A stretch of DNA of 64,000 nt, from NCBI GenBank assembly GCA_963675665.1, contig OY776510.1, forward strand, positions 3,136,001 through 3,200,000. Reading direction: 5' to 3'. A model generated the notes under the pieces. It saw nothing but the letters and a program-made list of their open reading frames with translations, did not search any database and was not told where the DNA came from. The position numbers were made by a program, and so were the translations under genes. The DNA is from Spirochaetia bacterium (GTDB lineage Bacteria > Spirochaetota > Spirochaetia > UBA9216). Shown here piece after piece: positions 19,908 through 29,538 of this stretch; within the stretch, counting starts at the first letter, position 1; the number at the start of each line of letters is the position of its first letter.

Positions 19908-20852
19908 ATGAATATTGCAGTTATAGGAATCGGCGGAGTAGGCGGTTATTACGGCGGAAAAATCGCCATGCTTCTGGAAAAGCATGGCGATCTGAATTTG
20001 TATTTTATTGCCAGGGGCCGGCATCTTGAAGAAATTAAAAAGAACGGTCTGCTTCTGGAAACTTCAGACGGCACAATAAAATGCGTACCGTCTCTGGCTA
20101 CGGATAATTTTGATGAACTTCCGGTGCTTGACCTTTGTATAATAACGGTAAAAAGCTACGAACTTGAGAATGTACTTGTAAGATTAACAACGAAAGTGGT
20201 TGCCGGCACGGTGGTGATACCGTTGTTAAACGGTGCGGATATTCATGAACGGGTTAGAAAAATCATCAAAACCGGTGTTGTATTGCCGTCCTGCGTTTAC
20301 ATAATTTCATATATTGAAAAACCGGGGAAGGTTGTTCATAAAAATCCGTCATGTGTTATTCATACCGGAAATGATAATTTGGCGGGTGAAGCTGATAAAA
20401 CCGGAATTACGCGTATCCTTAAGCTTTTCGATAATGCCGGAATTAATTACAAATGGCATGACGACCCTTTTCCTGAGATTTGGAGAAAGTTCCTGTTTAT
20501 TGCATCATTTGCGCTGGTTACTGCAAGGTATAATGCCGTTATCGGAAAGGTCATGGAATCGGAAGAAATGAGCAACAGCGTTAAAGGAATCATTAATGAG
20601 ATTTTCAGGATAGCTGAAGCAAAAGGAATAGCCCTTTCTGCGGAAGCATGCGAAAAAGCTTTCTCCCTGGGCGCCAAATTTGATTATGATTCAACAACGT
20701 CTTTTCAGCGGGATTACAGACAAAATGATAAGCAGGACGAAAGGGATATATTCGGTTCCGCGATAATCCGGATGGGAAGAGAATACAGCGTGGATACCGG
20801 GGAAACAGAGCGAATATTCAGTGAAATAGAAAAAAACAAACCGCAGAAGTAG
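19908..20852 (+). CDS. panE: Ketopantoate reductase family protein
   Basis: GIGGVGG Rossmann motif, VKSY, PLLNG, IW.KF and SFQRD. Confidence 0.85.
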   Translation: MNIAVIGIGGVGGYYGGKIAMLLEKHGDLNLYFIARGRHLEEIKKNGLLLETSDGTIKCVPSLATDNFDELPVLDLCIITVKSYELENVLVRLTTKVVAGTVVIPLLNGADIHERVRKIIKTGVVLPSCVYIISYIEKPGKVVHKNPSCVIHTGNDNLAGEADKTGITRILKLFDNAGINYKWHDDPFPEIWRKFLFIASFALVTARYNAVIGKVMESEEMSNSVKGIINEIFRIAEAKGIALSAEACEKAFSLGAKFDYDSTTSFQRDYRQNDKQDERDIFGSAIIRMGREYSVDTGETERIFSEIEKNKPQK

Positions 20853-20888
20853 GAAAAAGATAAGTTTGGGTATATTCTTTTTCTCAGG

Positions 20889-21860
20889 ATGAACAAAAAA
20901 TCTTTCACAGTATGTTATCTCACGGTTTTTTTAGTGCTTGTCAGTTCATGTTCAATGAAAGAAGACATTGATTACAGAACAGAAATGCGGAGTTTTGTTG
21001 TCGGTATCAGCAGTTACGCAAAAGAAATGAGCGAAGGTTTTATAATTATTCCGCAGAACGGGATTGAGCTGATTAGTCTAAACGGTGAACCGGAAGGGAA
21101 TTTGGCAACTGCTTATCTTGAGGCAATAGACGGAGCAGGGCAGGAAGATTTATTTTTCGGATACCTGAGCGATGATATTGTAACACCTGCTGACGAGAGT
21201 GAATATTTAAATTCCTTTTTAAACAAGGCCAGGGATAATTCTTTAAAAATCCTTGTTACAGATTATTGTTCGTCGAATACCAATATGGACATTTCGTATT
21301 CATTGAATAATGCCGAAGGTTATATTTCATTTGCCGCAGACAACCGGGAATTGAACAATATTCCCGATTATCCTGCACAAATTTACTCGGAAAACGCAAA
21401 TCAGATATCGGATTTGAATCAGGCCGGAAATTTTCTTTATCTGATAAATACGGAAAATTACGGTTCCAGGAACGATTTTATCAATTCCGTTGAATCCACC
21501 AATTATGATTTAATAATTATGGATTTCTTTTTTAACGACGGCACATCATATTCCAACGCTGAAATTGCGGCAATGAGACAGAAGGCCAACGGCGCTCAAA
21601 GACTTGTAGTTTGCTATTTATCAATCGGTGAGGCCGAAGATTACCGTTACTATTGGAATGAAGACTGGAACAGTAATCCGCCGGCATGGCTTGATGAAGA
21701 AAATCCGGATTGGGACGGAAATTACAAGGTTAAATACTGGCATTCGGACTGGCAGGATATTATTTACGGAAATAACCAGTCATATGTTCAGAGGATTATA
21801 GATGCAGGTTTTGACGGGGCATATCTTGATATTATCGATGCATTTGAGTTTTTTGAATGA
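20889..21860 (+). CDS. Endo-alpha-1,4-polygalactosaminidase-like lipoprotein (GH114 / TM1410 family)
   Basis: Lipobox VSSC; IIIPQNG, CYLSIGEAEDYRYYW, ENPDWDGNY and GFDGAYLD motifs. Confidence 0.85.
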   Translation: MNKKSFTVCYLTVFLVLVSSCSMKEDIDYRTEMRSFVVGISSYAKEMSEGFIIIPQNGIELISLNGEPEGNLATAYLEAIDGAGQEDLFFGYLSDDIVTPADESEYLNSFLNKARDNSLKILVTDYCSSNTNMDISYSLNNAEGYISFAADNRELNNIPDYPAQIYSENANQISDLNQAGNFLYLINTENYGSRNDFINSVESTNYDLIIMDFFFNDGTSYSNAEIAAMRQKANGAQRLVVCYLSIGEAEDYRYYWNEDWNSNPPAWLDEENPDWDGNYKVKYWHSDWQDIIYGNNQSYVQRIIDAGFDGAYLDIIDAFEFFE

Positions 21861-21861
21861 A

Positions 21862-21885
21862 AAGCCGGAGAAAAATCTCCGGCTG
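21862..21885. terminator. Terminator hairpin between convergent genes
   Basis: AGCCGGAGA-aaaa-TCTCCGGCT. Confidence 0.7.
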
Positions 21886-21891
21886 ATAAGA

Positions 21892-23400
21892 TCAGATAAA
21901 TTTCTCCCGGATTTTTGAACTTACGTAATCCAGAATAGCAACCGTAATAGCAATGAACCATACGGCAATTCCGGCTGATTTATAATCGAGAAGCCTGATG
22001 TACTGAACAAGCAGAAAACCAATACCGCCGCCGCCGACCATACCGATTACGGTAGACATACGTACGTTTATATCCCACCGGTAAATGGTGAAGGACACAA
22101 AAGGCGGTATCATTTGCGGTACTACAGCGAACATTATCGTCTGCAGCCGGTTGGCGCCTGTCGCCTGAATAGCTTCAATCGGGCCCGGATCAATGCTTTC
22201 AATCGCTTCCGAATAAAGTTTCCCGAGGGCGGCAATTGTATGAATCGTAAGAGCAAGAATTCCCGCAAAAGGACCGAGCCCTACCCAAACGACAGCAATC
22301 AGCGCCCAAATCATCGGTTCAATCGAACGCGTAATGTTGAAAAGGGTTCTTACAATATAGTAAATGGTGATTGAAACCCAGGAGCTGGACATAAGGTTGC
22401 GCGCCGCAAGAAAACTCAGCGGTATGGCGAAAATTATACCGAAGAAGGTTGCCATCATCCCCATAAAGATTGTTTCAAGCATAAGCTCAATCGTAAGAAG
22501 CAGCGGTTCGCTGGCATGCAGGGAGCCAACAACCGAGGTCTGCCTGGCTTGAACATGGTGTATCTGCTGCCCGACGGCGCTGGGAGGAGTAAGCCTGTAA
22601 GGGATTACAAGATCAAGTGAGAAGTTTCCCTCGGAATCTGTGGTTAACCCTACATATTTACCGTCCTGGCGCGGTCTGAATTCGTTTCCAATTGAATCTT
22701 CCCAGTATATTTCGGTAAAGGTGTCGGGTTCAAACCCTTTACCTTCAAGATGAATTGTGTCGCCGGCAATCATGTTGTTTTTTTCATCAAGAGTCGACAT
22801 CTTTCCGAATGTAGGAGTTGATTTGATATAAGGTTCTCCTTCAACATATTCAGGCGGCGCAGGCGGATTCACAGTATCGTCAACAAGTATAGCTGCTTTG
22901 GCGCCTATCGAGGTGGTGTCCCTGGTAACGGCTGCTTCCCACGGCCATAAAATCTTGGAAAGAGGGGGCCATGCTTCAGGGAATTCGCGCAGCATCTTGC
23001 CGACATTTATTTCGCTTATCTGCCAGCCGAGCAGGAAGAACATAATCAGAATAAGGGCAAAAACCCCGGCGCCCTTCCTGTGTTTGCCGCCGGCCTCTTT
23101 ATATGAATCGAATATTATCCATATCCAGATTGCGGCAATACCGAGGCAGATGAAAATTATAAAAGCCGGTTGCCGGCTGAAAGATTTGACAAATTTTGCT
23201 GCAAGTCCTGTTTCCCTGTGTGCAATGATATTGAGCCGCCAGATAAAAAGTCCGATTATACTGACAAACGAAAACAGCATAAGCAGACCTCTTCTGAATT
23301 TGAAAGAAAGAATCTGGCCGAGGCCCGGTATTGCGGCTGAAACTACTGCAGCGGCAACCGGAGGAAGAACAGGTTTGTGTTTAGCTTTTTTGTTATCCAT
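21892..23400 (-). CDS. phnE: Phosphonate/phosphate ABC transporter permease with extra N-terminal TMs and periplasmic insert
   Basis: RSIEP..WAL, GLGPFAG, LGKLYSEAIE, EAIQATGA and YRWDINVR.STVIG.VGGGGIG; start re-called to ATG 23400 behind GGAGG. Confidence 0.9.
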   Translation of the reverse strand: MDNKKAKHKPVLPPVAAAVVSAAIPGLGQILSFKFRRGLLMLFSFVSIIGLFIWRLNIIAHRETGLAAKFVKSFSRQPAFIIFICLGIAAIWIWIIFDSYKEAGGKHRKGAGVFALILIMFFLLGWQISEINVGKMLREFPEAWPPLSKILWPWEAAVTRDTTSIGAKAAILVDDTVNPPAPPEYVEGEPYIKSTPTFGKMSTLDEKNNMIAGDTIHLEGKGFEPDTFTEIYWEDSIGNEFRPRQDGKYVGLTTDSEGNFSLDLVIPYRLTPPSAVGQQIHHVQARQTSVVGSLHASEPLLLTIELMLETIFMGMMATFFGIIFAIPLSFLAARNLMSSSWVSITIYYIVRTLFNITRSIEPMIWALIAVVWVGLGPFAGILALTIHTIAALGKLYSEAIESIDPGPIEAIQATGANRLQTIMFAVVPQMIPPFVSFTIYRWDINVRMSTVIGMVGGGGIGFLLVQYIRLLDYKSAGIAVWFIAITVAILDYVSSKIREKFI

Positions 23401-24184
23401 TTTTACCTCCGCTGATAGAGCCTGCATTAACACGTACAGCCTCTTCGCCGTATATCTCCTTGAATTCGGTATCGGTCATTTTTCTGATCTCCGCATTGCT
23501 TCCCTGGTAAACAAGATTGCCGTCTCTGAGACCTATCACCCTGGTCGAATACTGCTGAACAAGATCGAGATAATGAAGACTGCATAATATTGTAATATTG
23601 CGCTGCTTGTTTATGTCTTCAAGATAGCCGAGAATCGAGTGAGCAAGAACAGGATCCAGGCTTGCAACCGGCTCGTCAGCAAGAATCATCTTGGGTTCCT
23701 GCATAAGGGCCCTTGCTATGCCTACACGCTGCTGCTGGCCTCCTGAGAGCTCGTCAGCGCGTTTTTCAGCCTGATCTGCTATTCCTACCATTTTTAAAGC
23801 CTCAAACGCCCGCTTGCGGTCTTGTGAAGGGAAATGATGGAGCAGGCTTGAACTGGGATTTACATAACCGAGCCGCCCCGACAAAACATTTGTTAAAACG
23901 CTTGAACGCTTAACAAGGTTAAAATGCTGAAAGATCATGCCTATCTGACGCCTGATTTCTCTCAGCATTTTATTGTCGGCTTTGGCCACATCAATACCGT
24001 TCCAAAGAATTTCACCTTCGGTAGGTTCTATCAGCCTATTAATGCATCTCAGCAGGGTAGATTTTCCTGAGCCGGACAGGCCGATGACAACAAGAAACTC
24101 TCCGTCTTCAACAGTAAAACTTACATTTTTAAGGGCTTCGGTTCCGTCGTCATATATTTTGGTAAGATTACGGATTTCAAGCAT
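23393..24184 (-). CDS. phnC: Phosphonate/phosphate ABC transporter ATP-binding protein
   Basis: [28 protein letters not shown] and NVLSGRLG motifs. Confidence 0.93.
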   Translation of the reverse strand: MLEIRNLTKIYDDGTEALKNVSFTVEDGEFLVVIGLSGSGKSTLLRCINRLIEPTEGEILWNGIDVAKADNKMLREIRRQIGMIFQHFNLVKRSSVLTNVLSGRLGYVNPSSSLLHHFPSQDRKRAFEALKMVGIADQAEKRADELSGGQQQRVGIARALMQEPKMILADEPVASLDPVLAHSILGYLEDINKQRNITILCSLHYLDLVQQYSTRVIGLRDGNLVYQGSNAEIRKMTDTEFKEIYGEEAVRVNAGSISGGKNG

Positions 24185-24193
24185 TATTCCTCC

Positions 24194-24224
24194 AAAAAAA
24201 AAGGACTGAATAAGAAAGCAGTCC
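24194..24224 (-). terminator. Terminator-like hairpin immediately upstream of phnC SD
   Basis: Minus strand GGACTG-10nt-CAGTCC-T9 followed directly by GGAGGAATAATG. Confidence 0.55.
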
Positions 24225-24246
24225 GGTTAAAATACTAATTTATGGA

Positions 24247-24496
24247 TGTTTCAGGTTTTCCGTTTCGGAAAACCTGAAACACCTTATTGAATTAAATAAG
24301 CTGCAGTACAGATTTTATTCAATTATTTGAGGCTCTTTCAAAACTCAAGAAACTTTAGTCTCAGAGTTTCTGAAAGAGCTTCCATAATGTAACTGAAGAA
24401 AAAATTACAACTTCTTATGCTGTAAATAAAAACTTAAAATTGTAATTTTTTTCTTCAAAGCTTCTTGCTAAACTAACCGAGTTTTGCAAGAAGCTC
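24247..24496. repeat. Array of long inverted repeats in phnD-phnC spacer
   Basis: Perfect 16-bp stem 24247-24281; further stems at 24329-24382, 24394-24457 and 24459-24495. Confidence 0.85.
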
Positions 24497-25400
24497 ACTT
24501 ATTAAGTTCTTCGATGCTTAATCCGGCAGCCTGGAGAACCTGTCTGAACGGATCATAGAAAGTATCATCATGCTTTTCAAGTTCAGTCCACTGGTATGCT
24601 GTATTAAGGGCTTCTTTGCCTTCTTCTGTTGCTGCAATTTTCAGCAGTGCTTCAACGATCTTGTCCTGGATCTCTTTATCAAGGCCGGGAATAAACTGTA
24701 CTCCGTCGTTAGGTATATTTTCAGTCAGGGCAATTACAACAACTTTTTCCATAACGTCGGGATAGTCTCCCTCTATTCTGGTTCGTGCGTCCACATATGA
24801 TGCTCCCGCATCCACGTCGCCGTTATAGATTGCAGCAACTACTCCGTCATGGCTTCCGCAGTCAACCACACCTGAAAGTCCGGTTTCCGGATCAACTCCG
24901 GCTGCGCGCATTGTAAGCATCGGTATAATCCAGCCGCTTGTAGACAGGGGGTCGGGCCGCCCGAATGTTTTGCCGTTAAGTTCGGAAACAGCAGAGATTC
25001 CGCTGTCGGCACGAACCATAAGCTGACCGTTATATGTCGGGCTGCCGTATCTGACGGATATGAGTCTGGCTTCGGCTACTCCACGTTCCGCCGCCATTAC
25101 ATAGGCAAAGGTTGCAAGTGAAGCCATATGGGCTTCGGGGGGATCGCTTGACATGGCTTCGATAACGCCTGCATATTCGGTAGCAACGTTTGTTTCGAAG
25201 AAAAGGCCGGTTTCGTCATGAAGCATGTCGGCTACAGCCTGAGCTCCGGACGAAACACGTTCCATCTCGCCCGAGGGTACGAACGACCATATAATCGGGT
25301 TTTCCTCACTCCCAAGGGGGATTTCCTGCTGTCCTCCGGCAAAGGAAACGCCGGTAAGTGCAATCATGATTAGAAGTGACAGTGTAAGAATTTTTTTCAT
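24495..25400 (-). CDS. phnD: Phosphonate/phosphate ABC transporter substrate-binding protein
   Basis: FVPS, Y.GVIEAM, DPLSTSG.I.P, SHD.VV.A.YNG.VDAG and IPND motifs; start re-called to ATG 25400 behind GGAGG. Confidence 0.9.
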   Translation of the reverse strand: MKKILTLSLLIMIALTGVSFAGGQQEIPLGSEENPIIWSFVPSGEMERVSSGAQAVADMLHDETGLFFETNVATEYAGVIEAMSSDPPEAHMASLATFAYVMAAERGVAEARLISVRYGSPTYNGQLMVRADSGISAVSELNGKTFGRPDPLSTSGWIIPMLTMRAAGVDPETGLSGVVDCGSHDGVVAAIYNGDVDAGASYVDARTRIEGDYPDVMEKVVVIALTENIPNDGVQFIPGLDKEIQDKIVEALLKIAATEEGKEALNTAYQWTELEKHDDTFYDPFRQVLQAAGLSIEELNK

Positions 25401-25430
25401 TTTTGCCTCCATTTGAATTTTTAACATTTA

Positions 25431-25459
25431 ATTATATGCCCGCCTCATTAAAAGTGCAA
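25431..25459 (-). promoter_or_regulatory. Sigma70-type promoter for phnD operon
   Basis: TTGCAC-17nt-TATAAT. Confidence 0.65.
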
Positions 25460-25492
25460 TCTGAATATCCAAATTATTGAAAAAAGGCGGTA

Positions 25493-25521
25493 TTGCAGTA
25501 GAGATACTAATGCGCTATTAT
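25493..25521 (+). promoter_or_regulatory. Sigma70-type promoter directly upstream of acyltransferase ATG
   Basis: TTGCAG-17nt-TATTAT; 7-nt gap to ATG; no SD. Confidence 0.5.
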
Positions 25522-25528
25522 TCAGTTT

Positions 25529-26683
25529 ATGACCAATAATGAAGATCTGTTTGAATTTGAAGATATAAGACCGTACACTGATGCCGAGTATCCGGAGATA
25601 ACGAAGCGACTGGCGCGAAACAAATATTTGCAGGATTTTTTAAGAAACCTGAGATGGCCGAACTGTCCGAAGATGTTCAAGGTGCCGGCAGGAAAACTTG
25701 TTGAATTATTCATAAGGTATGAACTCGGGAAGGTCAGCACTATAGCTGCCTTTCAGAAAGAACTTGTAGTCGGACGGCTTGTACAGTGGATAGTCGACAA
25801 GACAACGGACGGTGTAAGTTGTTCAGGACTTGAAAAGCTTGACAGAAATAAAGCATACCTGTTTATCTCAAACCATCGCGATATTGTTCTTGATGCAACA
25901 CTGATAAATTATTTTATTGTGCATGAAGATTTTGCTACAACCCAGATTGCATTCGGAGATAACCTGCTTATAAACGAATTTGTAAGTGATCTGATAAGAA
26001 TAAATAAATCTTTCATCGTTAAAAGAAATCTGCCTCCGAGAGAACAGTTGCAGGCTTCAATTACGTTATCGAAATATATCAATCATACTCTTGAAACAGG
26101 TGATTCAATCTGGATAGCTCAAAAGGAAGGCAGGTCAAAGGACGGAGCCGATCAAACCAACCCTGCGGTTATAAAAATGTTTTATCTTTCACAGAGAAAA
26201 AGCGGTGTGGAGTTTTCCGATTTTATCAACAAATGCAAAATTGTGCCTGTATCGATCTCATATGAACTGGATCCATGTGATACCCTGAAAGGCTGGGAAG
26301 TTCATAGAAAGGAAACCCGGGAGTTTATAGAAAAAACAAAAACAATGGATCTTGTAAGTATGTGGACCGGTATGAAAGGCTCAAAAGGCAGGGTGCATAT
26401 CCATTATGGTGAACCTTTAAACGGAGAATTCAAAAACGACAAAGATGTTGCTCTTGCGCTGGATCGTGAAATACATCGTGGTTACAGGCTGTGGCCCAGC
26501 AACTACATATCATATGATGAAATTAATAAAACCGGTAAATATGCAGAACATTACAGTGAAGATGAACGCCAGAAGTTTCTGCATCGTTACAGAAAGCTCG
26601 GGCAGCCGGTTCTTGAAAAAGTTCTGGCAATGTATGCAAGGCCTGTTCTTAATCAGGAAGAAGCTGTATTTACAAATGAATAG
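25529..26683 (+). CDS. Glycerolipid acyltransferase (PlsC/LPLAT family)
   Basis: SNHRDIVLD (HX4D), WIAQKEGRSKDG and IVPVSISYE motifs. Confidence 0.9.
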   Translation: MTNNEDLFEFEDIRPYTDAEYPEITKRLARNKYLQDFLRNLRWPNCPKMFKVPAGKLVELFIRYELGKVSTIAAFQKELVVGRLVQWIVDKTTDGVSCSGLEKLDRNKAYLFISNHRDIVLDATLINYFIVHEDFATTQIAFGDNLLINEFVSDLIRINKSFIVKRNLPPREQLQASITLSKYINHTLETGDSIWIAQKEGRSKDGADQTNPAVIKMFYLSQRKSGVEFSDFINKCKIVPVSISYELDPCDTLKGWEVHRKETREFIEKTKTMDLVSMWTGMKGSKGRVHIHYGEPLNGEFKNDKDVALALDREIHRGYRLWPSNYISYDEINKTGKYAEHYSEDERQKFLHRYRKLGQPVLEKVLAMYARPVLNQEEAVFTNE

Positions 26684-27356
26684 AAGGTTTCTTGCTGTCG
26701 CCGCTGTATTAATTCTTTTATTGGCGGCAGGATGCGGCAACAGCCCCCCGGAATTAAACCAGATTTACAGTCAGCTTAATTTTCTTAATGAGCCCGGATC
26801 GGAGCGAGTTTGGGCGGAGCTGCTTGTGCTGATGAACGCCGATGATGAAGACGGCTATGACAATCTGGAGTTTATCCATGTTATAAACGAGAAGCAGCAG
26901 CTTTTCTGGACTGTAGACAGCGACAGCAGATCGGAAAGGGACAACCGCGGGATGAAATGGATAGGCGGGCAGCGTTTTATGATGACTGAAGGTGAAATTC
27001 CGCCTCCTGGAGAGTACAGGGTTATAATTACTGACAAAGCGGGGGAAAGAGCTGAAGACGGGATATTTTTGCCGATAGTAAAGGAAATTCCTGCGGCTGA
27101 AGATTTTCCTGAAATAGCTTTTACTGAAGATGATAACATCTTTATTATAAAGAGCGCTGAAAAACGTAATATTATCTCTTTTTACGATTCAGCCGGAAAG
27201 CTTCTTTCTGCTTATGCATCAACCCCCGGAGAGGTTAATATAAGAGCACTAAAAGAGAATGATATATTAACGGATAACTGGAGAAGTATGAGAATATCGT
27301 TTTACAGCGATGCGACAGGAGCCGGTTTAATCTCCGGCCCGTATCAACGGCGGTAG
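26676..27356 (+). CDS. Hypothetical lipoprotein
   Basis: MNRRFLAVAAVLILLLAAGC lipoprotein signal; start re-called to 26676, overlapping the upstream gene end. Confidence 0.75.
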   Translation: MNRRFLAVAAVLILLLAAGCGNSPPELNQIYSQLNFLNEPGSERVWAELLVLMNADDEDGYDNLEFIHVINEKQQLFWTVDSDSRSERDNRGMKWIGGQRFMMTEGEIPPPGEYRVIITDKAGERAEDGIFLPIVKEIPAAEDFPEIAFTEDDNIFIIKSAEKRNIISFYDSAGKLLSAYASTPGEVNIRALKENDILTDNWRSMRISFYSDATGAGLISGPYQRR

Positions 27357-27400
27357 GTGAAAAGCTAAATACTTTTTATACATACGACAATGTTAAAAAG

Positions 27401-28750
27401 TTACAAACTTTTTAACATTGCTTGCAGTTTTTCTTTGCCTATCAGGTTGACAGGCCTGCTTTCAGTGAATTCGCGGGCCTTTCTGGAAAAACCTGAACTT
27501 GTTACAATCAAGCCCCGGCTTACCGAAGCTTTTTTCATTGCTTCGTGAATTGATCTGGCGGTGGATTCCTGTATTAGTTCGGGAACGCGGAGATACCAGA
27601 TCATCAAAGGTATTTTTTTGGCTCCTCGCCATTTTGACTCGGATTCGACGGCGATTATCTGGCAGCCGTTTTGTACGTCACCAATGTCCCTGATGCTCAT
27701 ATTCATTTCCGCTGTAAGTTTCTTGCATATTTCGAAGAATTCATCCCGCCCGGCAGTCAGGTAATCTTTCATTCTGTCGTCAGTTCGAAGGTCCTGGTAC
27801 TGGCTGAGTTTTTCTCCGACATCCTTGAAAGTAGGCTTCTTTGCATAAATAAGTTCCCACTGTTCAATCGCCTTGTCAATATCGCGTCTTTGTTCAAAGC
27901 AATGGGCAAGAAAGTACCTGGCAAAGAGGATTTCCTGGCCCGTGTTGTCGGAGTTTGCAATGGCCCTTTCCAGTTCTGTTACGGCACGTTCGTAATTCTT
28001 TGTGCTTATATAGCATATGCCCCGTTCAAGCAATGATTTTACCTTGAGATCGGGATCTCTCTGTGATTTTTCAAATGAATTCAAAGCGCCTGCGTAGTCT
28101 TTTTTGTCTTTTAGTATTTTGCCTATATAGAAATTGGCCTTATGATTTTCCTGGTTGTAACGAAGGGCCAAATCAAGCTCGGCTTTTGCCTCTCCCTGCC
28201 TTTTGTTGCGGTAATATATGCTTCCAAGTTTGAAATGCGCATCAGTATGCTGGGGATTAAGCTCAATGGCTTTTTTGAAGTGATTGACGGCACTGTCGGT
28301 TTTATTCCGGTATTCAAAAAGACTTCCGGCAAGAAAATACCATTCCGGTTCTTCGGGTTCGAGTCTGATTAAAAGCAGGTACTCTTTAAGAGCTTCTTCA
28401 GGCTGATTAAAATCGTTATAGAGTTTTGCTATGGTTTTTCTGAATTCAATCTCTTTAAGAAGCCCGGAAAAGTCGCCGTACTCGTTTATTTTTTTCATTT
28501 CCATAAGCGCAAGTTCGGATTTACCGTCGGCCAGATATGATTTGCCGAGCAGATAATGAACCTCGAAATTTCTCGGTTCGCCTGCAAGTATCTGTTTTGC
28601 CTGTTTAATGGCGGCGGAATATTTACCCTGCTTGTAGAGATCCTGAATTCCTGCTACCTTTCTAGGGGCAAGAGTAGATCTGAGAATAAAAATTAATGCA
28701 ACGGTTAATGCAATGCCGATTATTATTATAACAAGTACTATTGGTGCCAT
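27401..28750 (-). CDS. Membrane-anchored TPR protein with C-terminal Mrr-like (restriction endonuclease fold) domain
   Basis: N-terminal TM; multiple TPRs; C-terminal FFEIC..L...RGLIVTSSGFSRKA.EF...RPV.LI pattern of Mrr_cat. Confidence 0.8.
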   Translation of the reverse strand: MAPIVLVIIIIGIALTVALIFILRSTLAPRKVAGIQDLYKQGKYSAAIKQAKQILAGEPRNFEVHYLLGKSYLADGKSELALMEMKKINEYGDFSGLLKEIEFRKTIAKLYNDFNQPEEALKEYLLLIRLEPEEPEWYFLAGSLFEYRNKTDSAVNHFKKAIELNPQHTDAHFKLGSIYYRNKRQGEAKAELDLALRYNQENHKANFYIGKILKDKKDYAGALNSFEKSQRDPDLKVKSLLERGICYISTKNYERAVTELERAIANSDNTGQEILFARYFLAHCFEQRRDIDKAIEQWELIYAKKPTFKDVGEKLSQYQDLRTDDRMKDYLTAGRDEFFEICKKLTAEMNMSIRDIGDVQNGCQIIAVESESKWRGAKKIPLMIWYLRVPELIQESTARSIHEAMKKASVSRGLIVTSSGFSRKAREFTESRPVNLIGKEKLQAMLKSL

Positions 28751-28823
28751 AAAAACTCCAGTTAAAGATTAATCTGTAATTTAAGGAGTGTCAAATGATA
28801 TGCCGTAAAAAATGGGGTTTGCA

Positions 28824-29525
28824 ATGAAAAAATATGCGATTGTTATCTCTGCTGTATTTTTGTTGATTGTTCAGGCAGGCGCGCAGTCGATTTTTAAGGA
28901 TGGAGAGACCCTTTTGAGTAATAATCAGCTTAGCGAATCAGCTTTGCTGTTCGAAGAGGTTATTGAACAGGAACCGAAAAACGAGAAGGCTTATCTTTAT
29001 CTCGGTTACATATATGAAATTAAAATGGATTACAACTCGGCAATATCCGTGTTGACAAAAGGTCTCGAAAATACTTCAGGCAGCAAGGATAAGTTTTATT
29101 TCAATATAGCCAACAACTATTTCAAGGCAGGTGATTACGACACCGCAGCTGCAATGTATTCAAAAGCGCTGCAGAACAGCCGGGGATTTGCAGAACCGTA
29201 TCTGAACAGGGCAAACTGCAGGGTAAAAACCGGCGAATATTCTCTTGCCGTGAGGGATTACAATCTTTTTTTAAACATGAAGCCGAATGATCCTCAGCGG
29301 CCGGAAATTGAGAAAATGATTTCAATGCTTGAACTTACCATGGCTGAAGAAGAGACTCTTCGACAACAGGAAGAACAGAGAAGGCTGGCACAGGAAGCCC
29401 GTCAGAAAGCGCTTCTTGATTCGGTATTGAATTCACTCAGTAATGCCGGGGAAGATACTACAAATCTTTCGGCTGAATCGGAGAATATTGAGGATATTGA
29501 GATAGAATTAGGTATAGAAGATTAA
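28824..29525 (+). CDS. Secreted TPR protein with C-terminal coiled coil (alternative start 28812)
   Basis: Signal peptide; TPR motifs (AYLYLGYIY, YFNIANNY, YLNRAN); EEQRRLAQE coiled coil. Confidence 0.8.
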   Translation: MKKYAIVISAVFLLIVQAGAQSIFKDGETLLSNNQLSESALLFEEVIEQEPKNEKAYLYLGYIYEIKMDYNSAISVLTKGLENTSGSKDKFYFNIANNYFKAGDYDTAAAMYSKALQNSRGFAEPYLNRANCRVKTGEYSLAVRDYNLFLNMKPNDPQRPEIEKMISMLELTMAEEETLRQQEEQRRLAQEARQKALLDSVLNSLSNAGEDTTNLSAESENIEDIEIELGIED

Positions 29526-29538
29526 AAAGAGGATATTG

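Noticed and set aside
24185-24496. CRISPR array
   Set aside because: The hairpins differ from each other, with no constant repeat, regular spacers or cas genes
27401-28750. Functional type IV restriction/defence system
   Set aside because: Catalytic residues look degenerate and the context is housekeeping, not a defence island
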